The notes under the pieces: model-generated
Told to the model about the DNA's origin: nothing
Database searches by the model: none
The model's input: the letters and a program-made list of their open reading frames with translations, nothing else
From: Alphaproteobacteria bacterium
GTDB taxonomy: Bacteria > Pseudomonadota > Alphaproteobacteria > GM7ARS4 > G965262615
NCBI GenBank assembly: GCA_965262615.1
Contig: OZ253545.1
Location: 992,001 to 1,056,000 of the forward strand
Direction: 5' to 3'
Length of the DNA: 64,000 bases
Translations under genes and position numbers: made by a program
In this document: piece after piece, positions 17,437-29,200 of the stretch
Layout of the letters: the number at the start of each line of letters is the position of its first letter
Position numbering within the stretch: position 1 is the first letter of the stretch

Positions 17437-18780
17437 TCAATCGGTGCAATGGCAGGGGAGATCATCGGTGGCATCGCTGTGTGCTATGTCGGAGGATTTG
17501 TCTTTGATGTGCGTGTAGCTGGAGCCCGAATTCACGCCAAAAAAACCGATGCTCACCTTTTTGCCCCGATTTTCTTGTGAGAAACCATCCGCTTGTCTGC
17601 GGTAACGCTCTTCCATTTGTATCCACCAGTTGATATCGGATGGCGTGCCCGGGATAATGTCAATGCCACTGGATGAATCGTCGTCCAACCGCTTCATGGT
17701 GTTATGGATACCCGCCAGAGCATGAGTGCCTTTCATGAAGCAATACACACAATTGGATAGTTTCAACTCCACAGGAAGTTCTAAATCAAATGCGAAGCTG
17801 TTCCAAAACTCGGTGACTTCTTTTTGATTCACATGGCAATCCACAAGGGGCATATAGACACATTCGTTGGTTTCATTTTCTTCTCGGGAGCGGTGCATGA
17901 TTTTTGCGAAACGGAGCGGCTCGTCCCCTCTGATGCCTAACAGTGAAATATAGCCTACGGCATCATCACCCACCATAGAGGCGATGGCAAACGGTTTTTC
18001 TCGGCGATTGGTGCTTTGCAAAAAGGGCGTGACACCAACGCTGGAAAAATCATCAAACAACTGTGAGGGTCGCCGCAAAGCGCATCGGCGCACATAAGCC
18101 TTTCTTTTGAGAAAGACTTCTTTTGAACTTTTGCCTTTGGCTTTCACATATTGCTCGTATAAATCATCATCGTTGATTTGCTGCTCATCGGCAAAATGAC
18201 CAAACGACGCAGTGGCTTCTTTGTGAGCAAACCATTCGGAAAGAAATGCTTGAGTGGTGAAAATCTTCAGCTGGGATGTGCAAATGCGGATTTGCCGACT
18301 GGGCAGAAAATTGTGATGACTGATTAATTCGTGAAACACCTCGCCACGCCACCTGTATCCATCAGGATTGTCATCACTGTAAGGCTCAGGCTTGACCATC
18401 CTAAAAGAAGAATACCTTTTCCATGTGCCTCTGTAAGCGTCTTCGTAGGTTTGAAATTCAATCCAATAAAAAGGTATTCCATAGGTCTGTTCGCAAATGT
18501 GGGTGCATTGTTTCACGAATTTATAGGTGAGTGGATGCTCGGCGGAGGTGTTATTGAAAATCACGACATCGCCTCTGGCGGCATTGAGTGAGCCACTTTG
18601 CAAAAGAGACATCAAAAGCATCCCACTGGAACGCCCGCCTGAAAATCTGACAATGTGAGGAAAATTCTCGTGGCTTTTATCCGTGTATGCAATGGAAATG
18701 GCTGTCACGATAATTCCTTTGTGAAAATTGATAGAATCTCTGGCGGCAGCAGAATGAAAGGTGGTTGTAATGGGCATCAC
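17437..18780 (-). CDS. PAPS-reductase-like PP-loop (adenine nucleotide alpha hydrolase) protein, mobile-element type
   Basis: FSGGRSSG, NTSAEH, RICTSQLK, GIRGDE, NCVYCF, terminal CHCTD. Confidence 0.8.
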   Translation of the reverse strand: MMPITTTFHSAAARDSINFHKGIIVTAISIAYTDKSHENFPHIVRFSGGRSSGMLLMSLLQSGSLNAARGDVVIFNNTSAEHPLTYKFVKQCTHICEQTYGIPFYWIEFQTYEDAYRGTWKRYSSFRMVKPEPYSDDNPDGYRWRGEVFHELISHHNFLPSRQIRICTSQLKIFTTQAFLSEWFAHKEATASFGHFADEQQINDDDLYEQYVKAKGKSSKEVFLKRKAYVRRCALRRPSQLFDDFSSVGVTPFLQSTNRREKPFAIASMVGDDAVGYISLLGIRGDEPLRFAKIMHRSREENETNECVYMPLVDCHVNQKEVTEFWNSFAFDLELPVELKLSNCVYCFMKGTHALAGIHNTMKRLDDDSSSGIDIIPGTPSDINWWIQMEERYRRQADGFSQENRGKKVSIGFFGVNSGSSYTHIKDKSSDIAHSDATDDLPCHCTD

Positions 18781-19277
18781 TTTTTTGCTTCATCACCAAT
18801 AATTTTGATGACTACATTTATTATTATCTTCATGTAAAAAATGTTTAGTGCAGTCATTGCGAAAATGAACGAGCTCGGCAACAATTTCAAATCAATTGTT
18901 ACTTCAATCCAAGGTAAAATAAATGATGGTAAAAAATTAATGCTCAAAACACCGCCACTATCACTTGTTGCCAGCACCATAAAAATGATAACAAAGCTGA
19001 TAGACGATATTAAGCAAGTGTTAATCCGTTCAAGATACTCCTTGAGGATGTATATCCCTCTTATTTTTCTTTTTTCATCAACGAATTTGTACAGCTCTTT
19101 TGTATAGGAAGAACCATGCAATATAGCCAATGATGCTATGTAAAAACCAAAAAAAATGGAAGAAAATGTCACCAAACTCTGTGCTATGGTGTTAGTCATT
19201 TTCCATTTTAGGCAATAAGCAATCAATAAGACGAGGAAGAATATTAACCTAGATGCTATTTTATGTTCTTCACGCAT
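18777..19277 (-). CDS. Hypothetical membrane protein (~4 TM)
   Basis: Hydrophobic segments; ATG 19277 overlaps the upstream gene end; stop overlaps the next start. Confidence 0.75.
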   Translation of the reverse strand: MREEHKIASRLIFFLVLLIAYCLKWKMTNTIAQSLVTFSSIFFGFYIASLAILHGSSYTKELYKFVDEKRKIRGIYILKEYLERINTCLISSISFVIIFMVLATSDSGGVLSINFLPSFILPWIEVTIDLKLLPSSFIFAMTALNIFYMKIIINVVIKIIGDEAKK

Positions 19278-20115
19278 CCTTCTTTCCTTCGATTTTTGTG
19301 ATGAGAGAGTCTTTGATTTGCTCATGGCTATACATGCCTTGTGCATCTTTTTCTGCCAAAATATCAATTTTTTGGCTGAAACCGTCGCTATTGAAAATAG
19401 CTAATTCATTTTGGTCATCCTTGCCGACACATACTAGAGCATCAATTTCACCGTCAATTTTTGCATTTCTTGCTCCGAAAAAGAAATCAAAGAACTTTTC
19501 CGTGACACTTGCTCGATCAAATTTCACCTCTAAGGTGTAACGAGTTCCTACCTTGTCCAAACCAAAAGGATCTCTTTCCACTGCAAAAATATCCAATATT
19601 TTTTTAGACTTGTTGAAAATATCCTCTGTGAAAGAAACTTTCACTTTATTTATTTCTCTTATTATTTCAGCAAATTCCTCTGCGGTTTTGAAGAAATGCT
19701 TGATAAAAACCCTTCTTTTTAGTTGATGTTTTAAACATTCTTCAAGGAATTTTTTTGCACCAGTAGATATGTAGAGGATGGCAATACCTTGATTTTCGGC
19801 ACAGAGGACGAATAACTGCTTGTTTGTTTCTATCTGTTCTCTTGTTCTCGGGTTATCTTCTTGCTTTTTGCTTGCCGTGTTGAGAACTGTTTGACTATAG
19901 GGAGTAGATGTTCCGTGTTGGGCGTAGAGCCAAAAATACCTATCATCAATGATTTCCTTGTGAATGATGTAGGCAGAGTTTCGGAGCGGAAAATTTTCTG
20001 GGATGTTACTAAAAGCATCAATCAAGTCCTGCACTGAGGCAACCTCATCGCCAAAGGCAAATTTATCCTCAATAACGATATACACTTTGGAAAATCCAAT
20101 ACTCATTTGATGCAT
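19270..20115 (-). CDS. Hypothetical soluble protein, first gene of a three-gene operon
   Basis: 281-aa AT-rich ORF coupled to the TM gene. Confidence 0.75.
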   Translation of the reverse strand: MHQMSIGFSKVYIVIEDKFAFGDEVASVQDLIDAFSNIPENFPLRNSAYIIHKEIIDDRYFWLYAQHGTSTPYSQTVLNTASKKQEDNPRTREQIETNKQLFVLCAENQGIAILYISTGAKKFLEECLKHQLKRRVFIKHFFKTAEEFAEIIREINKVKVSFTEDIFNKSKKILDIFAVERDPFGLDKVGTRYTLEVKFDRASVTEKFFDFFFGARNAKIDGEIDALVCVGKDDQNELAIFNSDGFSQKIDILAEKDAQGMYSHEQIKDSLITKIEGKKDA

Positions 20116-20185
20116 TTAACACCATTACCTGATAATTTGCAATCCCACTAAGAGTTAAAATTTCTTATGCAGCTTTTTCAGAAAT

Positions 20186-20280
20186 TGGCGGATGGGGCGA
20201 GATTCGAGCCATCGGCACTGTTTCCTGCATACACGCTTTCCAAGTGTGCTCCCACCAAAGATGCTAGACGCGCCAACGCC
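20186..20280 (-). pseudogene. Decayed tRNA-Ser(GGA) remnant
   Basis: Minus strand GCACAC-TTGGAAA-GCGTGT anticodon arm, long variable arm, mutated T-loop CTCGAAT, ...ATCC-G-CCA end; 5' half does not pair. Confidence 0.7.
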
Positions 20281-20348
20281 CCCTTATGTCAATGGATGGA
20301 CGCGAGGGAGTTTCCGTTATCAAATTACAATACCACTCATAGTGGTGG

Positions 20349-21338
20349 TCATCCCCATTTTTGTTTGTCGGGGATGACACCGCGCACACCACCTGTGGGG
20401 TCGGTCATATCATCAATGCGGCGGGGGATGAGATGAATGTGGCAGTGGCGAATGGTCTGTCCCGCGCAATCGCCATTGTTGACACCGATATTGAAGCCAT
20501 CTACCAATTTATCCATTTTTTCAATATCCGCTTTGACCTCGTGCAACAGCGATTGAATCCCATTGATTTCGGGCTGATACAATTCAAAATAACTATCAAT
20601 GTGCCGCTTGGGAATAATCAAAGAGTGAAGCCGCGTCACAGGATACTCATCCCGCACGGCGTAGCACATTTCGTTTTGCCGCACAATGCGATCCGAATTG
20701 ATGTCACAAAAGGCGCACCCTTTGACGCGCACTTTGTAGCTCTCAAGCATTTTTCTAAAGTCGGTGGTGTCTCTGTTGCTCTTTGAGGTGTTGCAGCTTT
20801 CACAGAGTGCTTGAAAGTTGGATATGTCATCCGAGCCACCTTTGCTTTTGGGAAGGATGTGGTCGACATGAGCGGGGCTTTCAGTAAAGGGGATGAAACA
20901 AAGCTCACAGTGTCCTTTGGCTCTGGCAATAACGCGATATCTAAAGGCGGGGTCAATAAAACCTTTGCTTGTTGAGGCTTGGGCATTTTTAGGGTTTGAC
21001 AGGTATTTTTCCAATTTATGGTCGCACAGAGCAATGAGGCGGGTCACTTCATCTTGCGACAAGTCACCGAACCCCTTGAGGATGTATGTGTTGCTGTGCT
21101 TTTCGGTGATGCCATGGTTGTCGGTCAGCACTTTGCCCACCATTTTTTTTGTGTTTTTTTCGTATTCTTTAATTTGCTCTGTGTCATTACAGACGATGGC
21201 ACGGGCGATGTCGGTGACGGAAGCCTCGCCCCCTTGTTGCAACAATGTCTTGAGCATGACGGGCTGATAGATATGTTGCATCATCATTTTTTTCGTGATG
21301 AAATGCTCAAGGCGTTGGTAGCTATCAGAGCTGGTCAT
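20349..21338 (-). CDS. HNH endonuclease - HIT hydrolase fusion with N-terminal helical domain
   Basis: CELC...HVDHILPKSKGG...NFQALCESCN (HNH); CAFC, HSLIIPKRH, GQTIRHCHIHLIPR (HIT). Confidence 0.9.
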   Translation of the reverse strand: MTSSDSYQRLEHFITKKMMMQHIYQPVMLKTLLQQGGEASVTDIARAIVCNDTEQIKEYEKNTKKMVGKVLTDNHGITEKHSNTYILKGFGDLSQDEVTRLIALCDHKLEKYLSNPKNAQASTSKGFIDPAFRYRVIARAKGHCELCFIPFTESPAHVDHILPKSKGGSDDISNFQALCESCNTSKSNRDTTDFRKMLESYKVRVKGCAFCDINSDRIVRQNEMCYAVRDEYPVTRLHSLIIPKRHIDSYFELYQPEINGIQSLLHEVKADIEKMDKLVDGFNIGVNNGDCAGQTIRHCHIHLIPRRIDDMTDPTGGVRGVIPDKQKWG

Positions 21339-21360
21339 AGGAATCTCTTGTCAAAGGTTT

Positions 21361-21427
21361 GACGCAAAGATTAACTTTGCATCCTTATCCATGCCTTTAT
21401 AATACCGCAAAAAAGAATTCCGTTCAA
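21361..21427 (-). promoter_or_regulatory. Promoter of the HNH-HIT gene with a palindrome in the 5' UTR
   Basis: TTGAAC-N17-TATTAT (21427-21399); gacgcaaag-attaa-ctttgcatc at 21361-21383. Confidence 0.5.
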
Positions 21428-21711
21428 GAATTTTACTCACCGTCCACCGCTCCGTCCATCGTCATTCGCGACAATTATTTTTCATATCTTGACGCGAACA
21501 GCTTGACAATCATCGTCTCAAAGGTCTACAACAAGGACATATAAGCAGTGAGATAATTACACTTCGGCATTTGCGCGCGCTGATTTTTGTCAGATGATGA
21601 AAGGCGGGCGGGGAAGGTGCATTATCTCATTTGCGCGCGCCATCAGCCACAAAAAACGGGTAGGAACAGAACAATGGGATATCGGGCAACACATCAACCA
21701 ACAGACAAATC

Positions 21712-21797
21712 GGTGGGGTGGCCGAGCGGTCAAAGGCAGCAGACTGTAAATCTGCCGACATTTGTCTACGTAGGTTCGAATCCTACCCCCACCACCA
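21712..21797 (+). tRNA. tRNA-Tyr(GTA)
   Basis: Cloverleaf, CTGTAAA loop, GTTCGAAT, encoded CCA. Confidence 0.96.
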
Positions 21798-21832
21798 CCC
21801 TCAGCACCATGAGTCACACGAGCCTTTCGCGC

Positions 21833-21903
21833 GCGGGTGTAGCTTAATGGTAAAGCCCCAGCCTTCCAAGCTGGTTACGTGGGTTCGATTCCCATCACCC
21901 GCT
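21833..21903 (+). tRNA. tRNA-Gly(TCC)
   Basis: GCGGGTG/CACCCGC stem, CTTCCAA loop. Confidence 0.95.
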
Positions 21904-21940
21904 CACCAAATCCAACAAGCCAATAGCAAGGAGAACCACA

Positions 21941-23131
<1,191 letters not shown>

Positions 23132-23133
23132 CT

Positions 23134-23181
23134 CGCGTTCTATGCCGCGTTCTGTGCCACTTTCTATGCCAAGTCCTATGA
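23134..23181. repeat. Degenerate 12-bp tandem repeat x4 between tuf and tRNA-Trp
   Basis: cgcgttctatgc/cgcgttctgtgc/cactttctatgc/caagtcctatga. Confidence 0.7.
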
Positions 23182-23254
23182 AGGAGTGTAGCTCAATTGG
23201 TAGAGCACCGGTCTCCAAAACCGGGGGTTGTAGGTTCGAGTCCTATCGCTCCTG
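23182..23254 (+). tRNA. tRNA-Trp(CCA)
   Basis: CTCCAAA loop, GTTCGAGT; 3' CCA not encoded. Confidence 0.95.
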
Positions 23255-23272
23255 CGCGAGAGGGATGATGTC

Positions 23273-23467
23273 ATGCAGGTAGGAATTTTCATGCGAGAGG
23301 TGCGCCAAGAACTGGCAAAAGTCATTTGGCCCAAAAGGGGTGAAATCATCGCCATGACCATCACCGTCTTGGTGTTTGTCACCATTATTGCCCTGTTCTT
23401 TGTGCTGATTGATAGCATTATTTCTGATGTCATTGAAACCATCATTGTGTGGGGGCGTTCGCTATGA
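23273..23467 (+). CDS. secE: Preprotein translocase SecE
   Basis: EVRQELAKVIWP plus TM. Confidence 0.93.
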   Translation: MQVGIFMREVRQELAKVIWPKRGEIIAMTITVLVFVTIIALFFVLIDSIISDVIETIIVWGRSL

Positions 23468-24021
23468 GTGAAGCCGCACACAAAACTGATACGATGGCGT
23501 GGTACATCATTCAAGGACAATCGGGATTTGAGAAGAAGATTGTCGCCGCCATTGAGGAGCAGGCGAAGGTCAAGGGACTGATGTCGTTGATTGGGAAAAT
23601 TGAAACACCTTCTGAAGAAGTGGTGGAGGTGCGCAAGGGGGCGCGCAAAACCAGTCAGCGTAAGTTATTTCCGGGTTATATTCTCATCCATGCGGTGATG
23701 AATGACGAGATTCGTCATATGATTTTGCAAGTTCCCAAAGTGATTGATATCTTGGGCGGCGGCAAGGGTGAGGCTCTGCCTATGGAAGAAGACGAGATGG
23801 AGCGAGTCAATCAGCGGGTGCATGAGGGCAGCACGCGCCTCAAGACGCTGGTCAGCTTTGAGGTGGGCGAGCAGGTGCGGGTGTGTGATGGTCCTTTTGC
23901 CTCTTTTAACGGGCTGGTGGAGTCGGTGGATGAGGAAAAGGCGCGTCTCAAGGTCAGCATTTCCATTTTCGGACGCGCCACACCGGTCAATTTGGATTAT
24001 GCTCAAGTGGAAAAGGTGTGA
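23464..24021 (+). CDS. nusG: Transcription factor NusG
   Basis: [25 protein letters not shown]. Confidence 0.96.
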   Translation: MSEAAHKTDTMAWYIIQGQSGFEKKIVAAIEEQAKVKGLMSLIGKIETPSEEVVEVRKGARKTSQRKLFPGYILIHAVMNDEIRHMILQVPKVIDILGGGKGEALPMEEDEMERVNQRVHEGSTRLKTLVSFEVGEQVRVCDGPFASFNGLVESVDEEKARLKVSISIFGRATPVNLDYAQVEKV

Positions 24022-24025
24022 TGTG

Positions 24026-24472
24026 ATGGCAAAAAAGCAAGGCAAGGGTAAAGAAATTACCGGCTATATCAAGTTGCAGATTCCTGCGGCGGGCGCGTCA
24101 CCGTCACCGCCGGTGGGGTCGGCGTTGGGACAAAAAGGACTGAACATCATGGAGTTTTGCAAAGCCTTTAATGACCAAACCAAAGACTTGGATAAGGATA
24201 TGATTATCCCCGTGCTCATCACGGTTTATGGTGACAAGAGCTTCACCTTTGTGGTGAAGAAGCCGCCGATGTCATACTTTATCAAGAAGGAGGCGGGTTT
24301 GGAGAAAGCCTCTGGCACGGCGGGACGCGAAGTGGTGGCTCAGTTGTCGCGAGAGTCTGTGCGGCGTATTGCCGATGAGAAGATGGTGGATATGGGTGCG
24401 GCATCTGTGGAGGCGGCGATGCGCTCGGTGGCTGGCTCGGCGCGCTCTATGGGAATCACGGTGGAGGAATAG
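24026..24472 (+). CDS. rplK: 50S ribosomal protein L11
   Basis: [21 protein letters not shown]. Confidence 0.97.
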   Translation: MAKKQGKGKEITGYIKLQIPAAGASPSPPVGSALGQKGLNIMEFCKAFNDQTKDLDKDMIIPVLITVYGDKSFTFVVKKPPMSYFIKKEAGLEKASGTAGREVVAQLSRESVRRIADEKMVDMGAASVEAAMRSVAGSARSMGITVEE

Positions 24473-24473
24473 C

Positions 24474-25190
24474 ATGGCGCGGCGATTGGGAAAAAAACTA
24501 CAAAAAGCCTATGAGGCGCGTGAGGCAACGCCTTATGATCTGAGCAAGGCGGTGGCATTGGTGCGTTCATCGTCCTATGCGAATTTTGATGAGACGGTGG
24601 ATGTTGCCATCGGCTTGGGCATTGATTCCAAACGCTCAGATCAGACGGTGCGCGGTGCTGTGGTGTTGCCTCATGGCACCGGCAAGACGGTGCGGGTGGC
24701 GGTTTTTGCCAAAGGGGGCAAAGCCGATGAGGCTCGCAGCGCAGGAGCTGATGTGGTGGGTGACGATGATCTTGCCGAATTGGTCAAAAAGGGGCAGATG
24801 GATTTTGAACGTTGCATTGCCACGCCCGACATGATGGCACTGGTGGGGCAACTGGGACGCATTTTGGGACCTCGTGGCATGATGCCCAATCCCAAGCTGG
24901 GAACGGTCACCGATGATGTCACTGCTGCGGTCTCGGCGGCAAAGGGCGGACAGATTACCTTTCGCAATGACAAGGCGGGCATCATTCATGCCCCTGTGGG
25001 GCGGGTGAGCTTTGCCGCAGACAAACTGGTGGAGAACATTCGTGCCTTGCTTGATGCCTTGGAGCGCGCGAAGCCACAAGGGGTCAAGGGAATTTATCTG
25101 CGTTCCATGGCGGTGACCTCAACGATGGGCATTGGTGTCATGGTGGACATGAGGTCGGCAATGGGGCGCACGGCAACGGGAGGCGGCTGA
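24474..25190 (+). CDS. rplA: 50S ribosomal protein L1
   Basis: [15 protein letters not shown]. Confidence 0.97.
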   Translation: MARRLGKKLQKAYEAREATPYDLSKAVALVRSSSYANFDETVDVAIGLGIDSKRSDQTVRGAVVLPHGTGKTVRVAVFAKGGKADEARSAGADVVGDDDLAELVKKGQMDFERCIATPDMMALVGQLGRILGPRGMMPNPKLGTVTDDVTAAVSAAKGGQITFRNDKAGIIHAPVGRVSFAADKLVENIRALLDALERAKPQGVKGIYLRSMAVTSTMGIGVMVDMRSAMGRTATGGG

Positions 25191-25191
25191 T

Positions 25192-25707
25192 ATGTTGCGA
25201 GCACAAAAAGTGGCGTGGAGCGGGGTCATCAAAGAGGCGGTGAGCGATAGCACACTGGTGATTGTGGTGCACTGGAATAAACTGACGGTCGCGGAAGTCA
25301 ATGGCTTGCGTCATGACTTGCGCGCTGCCAACGGTTCTTTTCGCGTGGTGAAGAATAATCTGTTGCCCTTTGCTTTGGGGGATGGTGAGTGGTCTGAGTT
25401 GCATTCGCTGCTTGAGGGCAGTTCGGCACTGGCGTGTGCCTATGGTGATATTGTGGCGGCATCCAAAGTGGTGGTGGATTTTGCCAAAGAGACCGAAAAA
25501 ATTGATATACGCGGCGGCATGATGGATGGCAAATTGCTGGCTGCCAATGATATTCATCAGTTGGCGTCATTGCCGCCGTTGGATGTGTTACGGGCGCGTC
25601 TTATTGGGGCACTGACGGCACCGCAATCGCAACTGGTATCTCTACTGACGGCACCGTCTTCATCGGTGGCGCGGGTGATTTCAGCCTTTGCGACTAAGGG
25701 AGGATGA
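25192..25707 (+). CDS. rplJ: 50S ribosomal protein L10
   Basis: VVKNNL, LASLPP; operon position. Confidence 0.92.
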   Translation: MLRAQKVAWSGVIKEAVSDSTLVIVVHWNKLTVAEVNGLRHDLRAANGSFRVVKNNLLPFALGDGEWSELHSLLEGSSALACAYGDIVAASKVVVDFAKETEKIDIRGGMMDGKLLAANDIHQLASLPPLDVLRARLIGALTAPQSQLVSLLTAPSSSVARVISAFATKGG

Positions 25708-25751
25708 GATGGTTTTTTGTCTGTCAATCATAACAAAAAGGGAGGCTGATC

Positions 25752-26135
25752 ATGACGGATCTTAAGAAAGTGGTGGATCAATTATCAAAATTGACGGTCA
25801 TGGAGGCTGCCGAGCTGGCAAAGATGCTGGAAGACGAATGGGGCGTGTCGGCTGCTGCGCCTGTGGCGGTGGCGGCGGCACCTGCGGCGGCGGGAGATGC
25901 CGCGGCAGGCGATGATGACGAACCTGACACGGTCACCATCGTGCTGACTGGTGCTGGTGGCAAGAAAATCAATGTCATCAAAGAGGTGCGCGCCATTACC
26001 GAATTGGGACTCAAAGAAGCCAAAGAACTGGTGGAATCTGCTCCCAAGCCCCTCAAAGAAGATGTCAAAAAGGAGGAAGCCGCAGAGATCAAAAAACGCT
26101 TGGAAGAAGCCGGCGCAACGGTGGAACTCAAGTAA
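25752..26135 (+). CDS. rplL: 50S ribosomal protein L7/L12
   Basis: [20 protein letters not shown]. Confidence 0.97.
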   Translation: MTDLKKVVDQLSKLTVMEAAELAKMLEDEWGVSAAAPVAVAAAPAAAGDAAAGDDDEPDTVTIVLTGAGGKKINVIKEVRAITELGLKEAKELVESAPKPLKEDVKKEEAAEIKKRLEEAGATVELK

Positions 26136-26217
26136 TGGTCTTTTTTCCTTCGGTTTCGCGGCTGGTTATTCACGCCGGCTGTTCCTTCTTGCACCCTTTT
26201 AACTGTAAAGGAAATGG

Positions 26218-29200
26218 ATGATGGCGCAATCGTTTAGTCGGCGGCGATTTTTTGGCAAGGGGCATCGTCCTGCAGCCATGCCCAATCTTATTGATGTGCA
26301 GCGCAATTCCTATGAGGAATTTTTGCAGCGCGATGTGCCTCATGAGAAGCGGTTGGATAAAGGATTGCAGGGAGCGTTTCAATCGGTCTTTCCCATTAAG
26401 GACTATGCCGGGCTCGCGGAGCTGAACTTTATCTCCTATGAGCTGGAAGAGCCGCAATTTGATTTTCGCGAATGCCAAAGACGCAGCATGACATACGCAC
26501 TGCTGCTGAAACTGACGCTGGAATTGCGTATCTGGGATATTGACCCCGACACCCAGCAACGCCAATTTCGTGAGGGAAAAAAACAGACCGTGTATATGGG
26601 CGAAGTCCCCATGATGACCGATGACGGCACATTTGTCATCAATGGCACGACGCGCGTGGTGGTGTCACAGATGCATCGCAGTCCGGGGGTGTTTTTTGAC
26701 CATGATCGCGGCAAGTCTCATTCATCCGGCAAGATTTTGCATTCGGCTCGTGTTATTCCGTATCGGGGGTCGTGGATTGATTTTGAGTTTGACAACAAGG
26801 AGTTGCTCTATGTGCGCATTGACAGAAAACGCAAAATTTTACTGACCACCTTGCTGATGGCTCTGCCGCTCGCGGGCGATGAGGGGGCGAAGGTGCGGCG
26901 CGATCGCTCACGGGATGAACCCTTTAAGGTGGCGGACGGCATGAGTCGTGAGGATATTTTGGATTATTTTTACCAAACCCATGACTGGCGTTATGACGGA
27001 CATTTCTGGCGGGTGGCGTATGTGCCTGAAATGTGGAGTGGCGTGACACTGCCCTACGAATTGCGTTATGATAAAGACGGGCTGTGGGAAGCCAACAAGC
27101 GCATCACCAAGCGTCAGGCGATGCGCTTTGCCGAGCAAGGTGTCAAGGAATTGCGTCTGCCGGATGAGGCTCTGCTGGGACGCTATGTCGCGCGCTCGCT
27201 GCACAATGGCGAAGAGGTGGTGATGAGAGCCGGTGAGGAAATCACCGACGATGTTCTGGCTTATGTGAAGGAGGCGAAGTCACTGCAATTGTTGGTGATT
27301 GAGGGCTCTAAGGGCAGTACTTATATGCGTCAGACACTGGTGGCGGATAAAAACGAGACGCGTCAACAGGCACTGTATGATATTTATCATGTGATTCGCC
27401 CTGGTGAGCCTCCCACCGATGAGTCGGCGGATTTATTGTTGCGTCACATGTTTTTTGACAGCGAACGCTACGATCTCTCTTCGGTGGGACGGGTGAAAAT
27501 GAACGCCCGCTTGGAGATGGACTGCGGTGACGATGTGCGGGTGCTGCGGCAAGAGGATATTTTTAGAGTGGTGGAGACTCTCATCAATGTGCGCGATGAG
27601 AAAGACTCGGTGGATGATATTGATCATTTGAGCAATCGCCGCATTCGCTCGGTGGGCGAATTGATGGAAAATCAGTATCGTCTTGGTTTGTTGCGAATGG
27701 AGCGTTCCATTCGTGAGCGCATGAGTTCTGCGGAAATTCAAAAGATGCGTCCGCAGGAACTCATCAATGCCAAGCCTGTGGTGGCGGCGATGCGGGAGTT
27801 TTTTGGCTCATCGCAGTTGTCGCAGTTTATGGATCAGATTAACCCTCTGTCGGGGGTGACTCATAAGCGTCGCTTGTCGGCGTTGGGACCGGGCGGCTTG
27901 ACGCGCGAGCGCGCCGGATTTGAAGTGCGGGATGTTCATACCAGTCATTACGGACGCATTTGTCCCATTGAAACGCCGGAGGGTCCTAACATTGGCTTGA
28001 TTAATTCCCTTGCCACCTATGCTCGCATCAATCGCTATGGCTTTATTGAAACGCCTTATTACAAGGTGAAGGATGGCGTGATTAGCAAGGAGGTGACATA
28101 TCTCTCGGCGGTGGAAGAAGACCGCTACGCCATTGCTCAAGCCAATGAGGCGGTGGATGACAAGGGGCGGTTGCTCTCGGACATCATTACCTGTCGCAAG
28201 GGGGGGGCGTTTGTGCTCAATGCCCCTGATGGGGTGGATTATATTGATGTGTCGCCTAAGCAATTGGTGTCGGTGGCGACTGCGCTCATTCCCTTTTTGG
28301 AAAATGACGATGCCAATCGCGCTCTGATGGGCTCTAACATGCAACGCCAAGCGGTGCCGCTCATTTCCAGTGATTCTCCCATTGTGGGCACTGGCATGGA
28401 GTCGGTGGTGGCGCGAGATTCGGGCGCGGCGGTGGTGGCGCGGCGCGCAGGGATTGTGGATCAGGTGGATTCGTCCCGCATCGTGGTGCGCGTCAGCACC
28501 CAATCCAGCAAGAAAAGTGAGGGGGTCGGGGTGGATATTTACAATCTGATGAAATTTCAACGCTCCAACCAAAGCACCTGTATCAATCAGCGACCTTTGG
28601 TGCATCGCGGTGATGCGGTGGATGAGGGTGACATCATTGCCGATGGTCCCGCCACCGATCACGGCGAACTGGCTTTGGGACGCAATGTGCTGGTCGCCTT
28701 CATGCCTTGGAATGGCTATAATTTTGAGGATTCCATCCTCATTTCCGAACGACTGGTGGCGGATGATGTCTTTACTTCCATTCACATTGAGGAATTTGAA
28801 TTGACCGCCCGTGACACCAAACTGGGGAATGAAGAAATCACGCGCGATCTGCCCAATGTGAGTGAGGAGTCTCTTGGCAAGCTGGACGAGGTGGGCATTG
28901 TTCATGTGGGAGCGGAGGTGGATCCTGGTGACATCTTGGTGGGCAAGGTGACACCAAAGGGCGAATCTCCCATGACCCCTGAAGAAAAACTGCTGCGGGC
29001 GATTTTTGGCGAAAAAGCCGCGGATGTGCGAGACACATCACTGCGGATGCCGTCGGGAGCTTCGGGAACGGTGATTGAGGTGCGGGTCTTTTCCCGTCGC
29101 GGCGTGGAGAAAGACGGACGGCTGTTGCAAAATGAGCGCGAGGAAAAAGAACGGGTGCTCAAAGATTACAATGACGAAAAAGCCATCTATGAGCGCGATT

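Noticed and set aside
27800-27900. RpoB rifampicin region variant [14 protein letters not shown]
   Set aside because: Key Q, D, H, R and S positions are intact; Gly at this position occurs naturally in other bacteria.
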